A stretch of 64,000 bases of DNA from Candidatus Parcubacteria bacterium (lineage in GTDB: Bacteria; Patescibacteriota; Minisyncoccia; UBA6257; HR35), in contig BPJI01000001.1 of NCBI GenBank assembly GCA_026004535.1, positions 324,523 to 388,522 of the forward strand, given 5' to 3'. Positions 57,824 through 64,000 of this stretch are shown here, piece after piece. The notes beneath the pieces were generated by a model. The model had not been told where the DNA came from. It saw nothing but the letters and a program-made list of their open reading frames with translations, and did not search any database. Position numbers and translations under genes: made by a program. Every line of letters starts with the position of its first letter. The stretch's first letter is position 1.

Positions 57824-58144
57824 ATGAATAAAAAAATGAATAAATCCTTCACTTTAGTTGAACTCTTAGTTGTCTTAGCTCTAATAGCTATCTTAGCTAC
57901 TGTCTTAATTGTTGTCATTAAGCCAGCAGATATCTTTAAAAGAGGTAGAGATAGTCAAAGAACTTCAGACCTTAAAAATCTTGAAAAAATATTTGACCTT
58001 ATTCTTTTTGAAACTCAAGGCACCTTTTCTGAACTTCAATATGCTTCTTCAAATGTTGTCTATATCTCTCTTCCTGATACTTCATCAACTTGTGGTCAAT
58101 GGATAAGTCAATTACCACAGCTTCCTTCAGGCTGGTCATATTGA
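57824..58144 (+). CDS. type IV pilin-like module (identical to 37082..37402) ending at the same in-frame TGA
   Basis: 100% identical N-terminal module; TGA at 58142-58144. Confidence 0.7.
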   Translation: MNKKMNKSFTLVELLVVLALIAILATVLIVVIKPADIFKRGRDSQRTSDLKNLEKIFDLILFETQGTFSELQYASSNVVYISLPDTSSTCGQWISQLPQLPSGWSY

Positions 58145-58972
58145 TGCTCAGCAACTCCAACAAATATTGATGGTACTGGCTGGATTCCTATTCCTTTTAA
58201 TCAATTTTCAAGCATTAATCTTTCTAGACTTTTCATTGATCCAATCAATAGACCTCCATATTACTATGCATTTGTTGCTGGAGGAAGTTATGAGTTAACA
58301 GCAGCTTTAGAAGTTAAGACGAATAAAGGAGATGGGTCAATTTCTGCTAATGATGGGGGAGATGATGATTATATTTATGAAAAAGGAACTAATTTAAATT
58401 TAACTCCTTTAGTTGTTCAAGGTAGACTTCTCACAAATTCTATTTACGCTGTTAGTGGTAGTTGTGATAACTCTACTTATTGTGGTTATATGGATAATCA
58501 TAGTGAAGCTGATGCTATTAGAAATTTTCCAGCCAACATCTGTAAAAAATATGTTGATAAATTATATTGGGGTTCAGTGTGTGATAATACAAACCCTGAA
58601 AGTGGAGTTAGGAATTATTTTTATTCACGTTTTAGATTTTTGTTTGTTCCTGATGTAAGTGGAACATGGTATTTTGCTGTTGATAGTAATGATGGAGCGG
58701 AATTAATATTAAATAAAGATGATTCTGATAACGACCACACAAAACACACTTTAATTGCTTCATGGTATGGTGTGCATGGTTGGTGTAATTGTCAAAATGC
58801 AAGTGGCACGATTGATATGATTGCAGGTCAAGGATATTGGTTTGATTATATTCAAGAAGAATGGAGCGGAGTTGAAGCGGCCGTTTTATGGGTAAAAAGG
58901 CCAGGAGATGTTTGGAAAGTTTTAAGTGTTACTAATTTTCCTAATCAAATATTTGCAAGGCCTGCATATTAG
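58145..58972 (+). other. in-frame stop-free continuation after the TGA: PA14/GLEYA-like carbohydrate-binding domain
   Basis: Same frame, 276 codons with no stop. …VSGTWYFAVDSNDGAELILNKDD… resembles PA14. Confidence 0.45.
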
Positions 58973-59426
58973 TATAAAAATACAAAATAGCTCATCAGCT
59001 TTATAGCTTCCAAGCTTTTTTAGCTTACCATTTTTTTAGTTTTATAGAAAACATAAAGGTACATATAAAATGCTATAGCATCTAAAACATCCCTACACAT
59101 AAAAAGACAAAAGTCTACTGCTACGTAGCAATAGAGAATTGAACCAGTTTTTATTTCTACTATTTAAATACGATCGTATTAAGTTAGGAGAATTAATAAA
59201 TATAATGACGTGCGATATCCAGATGTTGATTCATCATCGAATATTTGGGACATCGCAGGTCTTAAATTATTTTCCGTATCATCTTCCTTTATTCCGTTTT
59301 TTTCGTATTTATTTCAGTTTGTTCCATATCTTCCATTTTCATTTCTCTCTGTTTGGCTGAGAAATTGACATTTTTTCCAGATTCTAGATTTTTGTTTTTT
59401 AGAAAGCTTTCAGGATAATTAAATTA

Positions 59427-60782
59427 ATGGAACCAGAAATTTTAACCAGTTTATCGATTGAAGAAGTTGAAGAGGCTCTTTTGGGTGCGCTTTTAATTGA
59501 TGATGAAGCTGTAATCCGAATTATTGATATTTTAAAACCAGATGATTTTATTAGGAGAGAGAATCAAATTATTTATCAAGCAATTTTAGATTTATTTGAA
59601 AGAAGAATGGGTATTGATTTGGTAACTGTTGGAAGTAGATTGAAAGAAAAAAAACTTTTAGACGAAATTGGTGGCCAGGATTATTTAGTCTATCTAATTC
59701 ATAAAGCACCAACAATTGGTAATGTTTATGCTTATGCTCGAATAATTAAAACCAATAAAGCTAAGAGAGATTTAACTGAACTTTCAAGAAAAATTCAAGA
59801 GTTAATTCAAGAGGGAGGTAAAGATGCTGCTGAACTGATTGATGAAGTCGAAAAAAGAATCTTTTCAATTGCTGAAAGAGTTTATCCTTATGAATTTACT
59901 CCAGTCAGTTCTTTAATTGAACAAAGCTTGAAAAGAATCGAAGATTTACAAAAAGGGATTGTGATTCGTGGCATACCAACTGGTTTTCCTAAATTAGATC
60001 TTTATTTAGGAGGATTCCAAAAATCTGATTTAATTATTTTAGCTTCGAGGCCATCTCAGGGTAAAACTGCCTTAGCTTTAAATATTGCTCGCTATTTAGG
60101 TGTTCAAGAAAAAATTCCAGTTGGTATTTTTTCTTTAGAGATGTCAAAAGACCAAATTATTGATAGATTAATTGCTTTGGAAGCTGGCGTTAGTTTGTGG
60201 CGTTTAAGAACTGGAAGATTGATTAATGAAGGAGATGTTGATGAGCTAGCTCTGGTTTATGAAGCGAGTGAAAGATTAAAAATTGCACCGATTTTCGTTG
60301 ATGATAGTCCTGCTTTAACTGATTTGCAAATAAGAACAATGTCCAGAAAATTAAAGCATGAGATTGGTGAATTGGGTCTTTTGATAATCGATTATTTACA
60401 ATTAATAAGGGCCAACAAACAAATAGAAAATAGGGTTCAAGAAGTTTCAGAAATTTCTAAAAATCTAAAGGAATTAGCTAGAGAATTAGAGGTTCCTGTT
60501 TTGGCTATCTCTCAACTTTCTCGCGAACCAGAAAAAAGAGTTTCTGCAATTCCAAGATTAAGTGATTTGAGAGAAAGTGGAAGTATTGAACAAGATGCTG
60601 ATGTTGTTTTATTCATTCATCGGCCCAAAGAAGGAGCAGCAGCTTTGCCCTCAAATCAAGTAAACATTATAATTGCTAAGCATCGAAATGGACCAATTGG
60701 AAGTATCGATTTATATTTTGATCCTGATACTGTTTCTTTCTATTCAATTGAAGAAGTTGAGCAAGAATTGGAATATCACTGA
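59427..60782 (+). CDS. dnaB: replicative DNA helicase DnaB
   Basis: …SDLIILASRPSQGKTALALNIA… (Walker A), …LLIIDYLQLI…, RecA-like C-terminal domain. Confidence 0.9.
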   Translation: MEPEILTSLSIEEVEEALLGALLIDDEAVIRIIDILKPDDFIRRENQIIYQAILDLFERRMGIDLVTVGSRLKEKKLLDEIGGQDYLVYLIHKAPTIGNVYAYARIIKTNKAKRDLTELSRKIQELIQEGGKDAAELIDEVEKRIFSIAERVYPYEFTPVSSLIEQSLKRIEDLQKGIVIRGIPTGFPKLDLYLGGFQKSDLIILASRPSQGKTALALNIARYLGVQEKIPVGIFSLEMSKDQIIDRLIALEAGVSLWRLRTGRLINEGDVDELALVYEASERLKIAPIFVDDSPALTDLQIRTMSRKLKHEIGELGLLIIDYLQLIRANKQIENRVQEVSEISKNLKELARELEVPVLAISQLSREPEKRVSAIPRLSDLRESGSIEQDADVVLFIHRPKEGAAALPSNQVNIIIAKHRNGPIGSIDLYFDPDTVSFYSIEEVEQELEYH

Positions 60783-60885
60783 TTTAATTCATCAGTTCCG
60801 AGTTAACGAGTTATGAGTTTAAATTAATATTAATAAAAATAGGAATTCGTAATACGGACCGAGGAATTTATGAATTCATATTATT

Positions 60886-61482
60886 ATGTTAATTCCGTTA
60901 TTTAAAAAAATTATTGAATTTTTTGATTCTTTTCCTGAAATTGGGCCGAGACAGGCAATGAGACTATTTTTTTGGTTGGTTAAGCAAGATAAAGAAACGA
61001 AAAATAAATTTTTGGAAAATTTAAAAGTTTTATTTGAAAATGTAAATTTCTGCCAAAATTGTTTTTTTCCAACAACAGAAAAACTTTGCTTAATTTGTTC
61101 TAATCCTAAAAGGAAAGATGAAATAATTGCTTTAGTCGCTCGAGAAACCGATGTTTTAAGTTTAGAGACAGCTAAAGTTTTTAAAGGTAAATATTTTATT
61201 TTAGGTGGTTTAATTTTGCCTTTTGAGGATAAGGGTTTGATTAAAGAAAGATTAAAAATTCTTGAAAAAAGATTAGAAGATGGAAAAATTGAAGAAGTTA
61301 TTGTTGCCTTACCTTATACGCGCGAGGCTGAACCAACTTTAAAACATTTAGAAATTTTAAGAAAAAAATTCCCCCAAGTTAAATTTAGTTTTTTAGCTAA
61401 AGGAATTCCTCTTGGCGGTGAGATTGAATTTATTGACCCAGAGACATTAAAAGAAGCAATTGAAAAACGAATATCGCCCTGA
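60886..61482 (+). CDS. recR: recombination protein RecR
   Basis: C4 zinc finger FCQNCFFPTTEKLCLIC plus Toprim domain. Confidence 0.85.
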   Translation: MLIPLFKKIIEFFDSFPEIGPRQAMRLFFWLVKQDKETKNKFLENLKVLFENVNFCQNCFFPTTEKLCLICSNPKRKDEIIALVARETDVLSLETAKVFKGKYFILGGLILPFEDKGLIKERLKILEKRLEDGKIEEVIVALPYTREAEPTLKHLEILRKKFPQVKFSFLAKGIPLGGEIEFIDPETLKEAIEKRISP

Positions 61483-61484
61483 TT

Positions 61485-61720
61485 TACATCGGATGAATTT
61501 ACCCGGATTTAAACCGGATATAATTACCCGGATGTAAACCGGATATAACTACCCGGATGTAAATCGGATAATAGCTACCCGGATTTAGACCGGATGATTC
61601 ATAAAATATTTTTAATCCGGTAGTTTATCTGGGTAAAATAAATCCGATATTAATCCGGGTAATATTTTAATCCGGTATTTATCCGGGTAATCTATCCGGT
61701 TGGTTATCCGGGTAGTTAAG
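61485..61720. repeat. CCGGAT-type periodic palindromic element
   Basis: …tttacccggatttaaaccggatataattacccggatgtaaaccggatataactacccggatg…, then reverse-complement half …atccggtagtttatctgggtaaaataaatccg…. Confidence 0.7.
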
Positions 61721-61721
61721 T

Positions 61722-62186
61722 TTAAGAATAAATTTTTTTGATTACATAAACAGTATTGCCTTTAGGAGTTTTAACTAAAACTTCTTGACCAATTTTTTTA
61801 TTTAGGAATGCTTGACCTAAAGGTGATTCAGTTGAAATTTTTCCTTCTAATGGATTACTTTCGCCAAAACCAACTAATGTAAAAGTATATTTTTTGTTTG
61901 ATCCCTTTTCAATAACTTCAAATTTACTTCCAGGCAAGATACGATCGCTTCTTTTCGTGTTTCTTATTATTTTTGCTGTTCTTAGGACATTTTCTATTTC
62001 CATAATTTTTCTTTCTAATCTTTCTTTTTCATTCATAGCAATATCGTATTCAGCATTCTCACTAATATCTCCTAATTCAAAAGCACTTTTTAGTCTCTTA
62101 GCAACTTTTTCCCTCTCAACAGTTTTAAGATATTCTAGTTCCTTTTTTAATTTTTCGTATTGTTCTTTTGAAATATAAGTTATCAT
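61722..62186 (-). CDS. greA: transcription elongation factor GreA
   Basis: …ELGDISENAEYD… coiled-coil, plus the FKBP-like C-terminal domain. Confidence 0.85.
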   Translation of the reverse strand: MITYISKEQYEKLKKELEYLKTVEREKVAKRLKSAFELGDISENAEYDIAMNEKERLERKIMEIENVLRTAKIIRNTKRSDRILPGSKFEVIEKGSNKKYTFTLVGFGESNPLEGKISTESPLGQAFLNKKIGQEVLVKTPKGNTVYVIKKIYS

Positions 62187-62266
62187 TAGAAAAATATTAT
62201 ACTCAAAATTTTTTGTCTGTCAAGTTTTTGAAAATTTTTGAAAATTTTATAAAATGAATGTTATAA

Positions 62267-62707
62267 ATGGACAGAGAAAGACAAATATTTAAAAAAGGAG
62301 AAGAATTTATGATTGTTTTGGGAATCGTTTTAAATAAAAAAGGTGAGGTTTTGATTGTTAAAAGAAAGAAAAAAGAGATTACTGCGAACGGCAAAGAATT
62401 TATTTGGGCTTTTCCTGGAGGTCGACAAGAAAAAGGAGAAACTAGAGAAGATAGAGTAGTTTCAGAGGTTTTGGCTGAAACAGGTTATAAAGTAAAACCA
62501 TTAAGACAAATTCATCTTAGAGTTCATCCTGATACTTTAACTCTGATTGCTTATTTTCTTTGTGAATTAGAAAAGGAAGAGCCTGTTCAAGAGATAGAGG
62601 AAAAAGATGAAGTTGAAGAAGTTCGTTGGGTTAAACCAGAAGAATTAAAAAATTATTTCACAACTGATATTGACCCAGAAGTTAAAAAAATTTTAAATAT
62701 TGATTAA
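62267..62707 (+). CDS. NUDIX hydrolase
   Basis: Nudix box FPGGRQEKGETREDRVVSEVLAETGY. The true start may be the Met at about 62312. Confidence 0.7.
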   Translation: MDRERQIFKKGEEFMIVLGIVLNKKGEVLIVKRKKKEITANGKEFIWAFPGGRQEKGETREDRVVSEVLAETGYKVKPLRQIHLRVHPDTLTLIAYFLCELEKEEPVQEIEEKDEVEEVRWVKPEELKNYFTTDIDPEVKKILNID

Positions 62708-62744
62708 TAATTAAGTATCGCTAACAACTTTAGAAAATTTTCAA

Positions 62745-62955
62745 CCGCTGACAGCTGCGGAAATGTTTTAACCACTAGGATGGTCTATTGGATATAGTTA
62801 CCCGGATAACCAACCGGATATCTATTTACCCGGATAACTTACCGGATTATATTTACCCTGATGATTACCGGATAAATCCGGTTTATATCCGGGCAGTGGT
62901 TATCCGGTTTAAATCCGGGTAGAAAATATTTTTCAGCTGCTGTCCGCGGTAAATA
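62745..62955. repeat. CCGGAT-type periodic palindromic element with inverted flanks (CCGCTGACAGCTGCGGAAA … TTTTCAGCTGCTGTCCGCGGT)
   Basis: Seen directly. Shares the right terminus with 13300-13660. Confidence 0.7.
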
Positions 62956-62962
62956 TATATAA

Positions 62963-64000
62963 ATGAAAATAAAAATTGGTCTTTGTGGATTGCCTAATAG
63001 TGGTAAATCAACTTTTATTAAGCTTGTTAGTCAGGTTGAAGTTTTAATTGCTTCTTATCCATTTACAACCTTAAAAGCCCAAGAATATGCGGTTCCAATT
63101 TTTTCTGATGAATTAAAATTACTCCATTCAATCACTCAAACAAAAGAAGTTATTCCTCCTTATTTATTTTTCGTTGATGTTCCAGGGCTTATTCGTGGTG
63201 CCCATAAAGGCGATGGTTTGGGTAATGAATTTTTAAGTTATTTAAGAGGCTGTGATGTTATTCTAGAAATTGTAAGAAATTTTAAAAGAGAAGAGGTTCC
63301 TCATCCTGAGGGTGATATCAATCCTTTAAGAGATATTAAAATTATTGAAGAAGAGATCTTTTTAGCTGATAAAGAAATAATTGAACGAACAATCAAAAAA
63401 TTAGAAAAAGAAAAAAATAAAGAGGGAGAAGAAAAAATAAAAGCTTTGGAAAATATATTAACTAAAATATACTCAGAACTAAACAGAACTAACTCAGAAC
63501 TAACAGAAACTAATACAGAATTAGTAGAAAGTAAAATAGATAAAATTCAAAGATTTACTGAATTTAATGAACTATTAAAAGAATTTAATCTGCTTTTAAC
63601 TAAAGAATGGTTTTTGTTGATTAACGGAGAGGCTACGGATTTACACGGATTTAATTCATCCACGGATTTACACGGATTGAATTTGCCCACGGATTTAGGC
63701 GGATCGTTTAAGAATGTTTATAATTTAGATTTATTATGGGAAATTGAACTTATAGAAAGTAAAATCCAAGAAAATGAATTTAAACCCAAAGTTTTTGATT
63801 TTTTAAATCAATTTAGAAAAGATCTTGGCCTAATTCAATTTTTTACCTTTACTCGAGATATTACTCAGGGATGGTTTGTTAAGAAAGATAGCTCAATGAT
63901 TGAGGCAGCAACTTTGATTCATACTGATTTTGGTGTAAAATTTAAAATAGCTGAAACAATTTTTCTAGAAGATTTTGTTAAAATTTGTAAGTCACGGATT
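62963..64000 (+). CDS. ychF: ribosome-binding ATPase YchF (Obg-like), 3' end beyond the window
   Basis: MKIKIGLCGLPNSGKSTF…, …FTTLKAQEYAV…, …FFVDVPGLIRGAHKGDGLGNEFLSYLRGCDVILEIVRNF…. No stop before the window end. Two in-frame repeat insertions (63470-63540, 63630-63700). Confidence 0.8.
   Translation, partial: MKIKIGLCGLPNSGKSTFIKLVSQVEVLIASYPFTTLKAQEYAVPIFSDELKLLHSITQTKEVIPPYLFFVDVPGLIRGAHKGDGLGNEFLSYLRGCDVILEIVRNFKREEVPHPEGDINPLRDIKIIEEEIFLADKEIIERTIKKLEKEKNKEGEEKIKALENILTKIYSELNRTNSELTETNTELVESKIDKIQRFTEFNELLKEFNLLLTKEWFLLINGEATDLHGFNSSTDLHGLNLPTDLGGSFKNVYNLDLLWEIELIESKIQENEFKPKVFDFLNQFRKDLGLIQFFTFTRDITQGWFVKKDSSMIEAATLIHTDFGVKFKIAETIFLEDFVKICKSRI

Noticed and set aside
57457-57827. ORFs 57457..57642(-), 57568..57765, 57602..57787(-) and 57609..57827
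   Set aside because: They overlap tRNA-Arg and a TTCCGT/CGCAGAAC periodic repeat tract. Their low-complexity translations mirror the repeat period.
59139-59360. ORF 59139..59360
   Set aside because: It runs through a hairpin-repeat and TTCCGT periodic region upstream of dnaB, with no coding signature.
6170-62955. CRISPR array interpretation of the periodic repeat regions
   Set aside because: The units are 7-21 bp with no unique spacers of 25-40 bp. The arrays are self-complementary rather than direct repeat-spacer, and no cas genes are present.

Overview
This window is an AT-rich (about 30% GC) bacterial chromosome fragment with a strong Candidate Phyla Radiation (Patescibacteria) flavour. 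It carries a bacterial-type 16S rRNA gene (8F-like 5' end, divergent 515F region, non-canonical 3' tail) that is not followed by a 23S gene. Housekeeping content is dense: serS, lysS, argS, a truncated alaS, gyrB, dnaB, recR, clpB, clpP, secE-nusG-rplK, pyrG, dcd, tmk, trmD, mnmA, rsmI, greA, ychF, fba and a 1232-aa reverse gyrase. There are nine tRNA genes, a type IV pilus module (pilin, pilB, pilC), two RelE/ParE toxin-antitoxin pairs, Pol-beta nucleotidyltransferase/HEPN remnants, and two copies of the four-helix-bundle ('23S rRNA IVS') protein next to PolX or a PolX fragment. The features that stand out are:
(1) A locus of large surface or tail-fibre-like proteins with an S74 intramolecular-chaperone C-terminus. 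It is built from duplicated promoter plus N-terminal cassettes, near-identical intragenic tandem repeats, a degenerate third copy, and a strictly conserved GC-rich 21-23-mer inside the coding sequence. The arrangement looks like a cassette-recombination or antigenic-variation system.
(2) Two pilin-adhesin paralogues (LamG-like and PA14-like C-termini). Each has one in-frame TGA followed by hundreds of stop-free codons in the same frame.
(3) Several families of short periodic repeats: CCGGAT 21-bp palindromic arrays, CACGGAT, CGCAGAACT, GAAGCT, GGGATTA, TTCCGT, and a GACGT-N3-ACGTC hairpin. These occur between genes and also as in-frame insertions inside essential genes.
(4) Partial tRNA duplicates that look like relic att sites.
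(5) Two GC-rich structured islands with no coding signal.
No CRISPR array, integrase or transposase ORF is visible.
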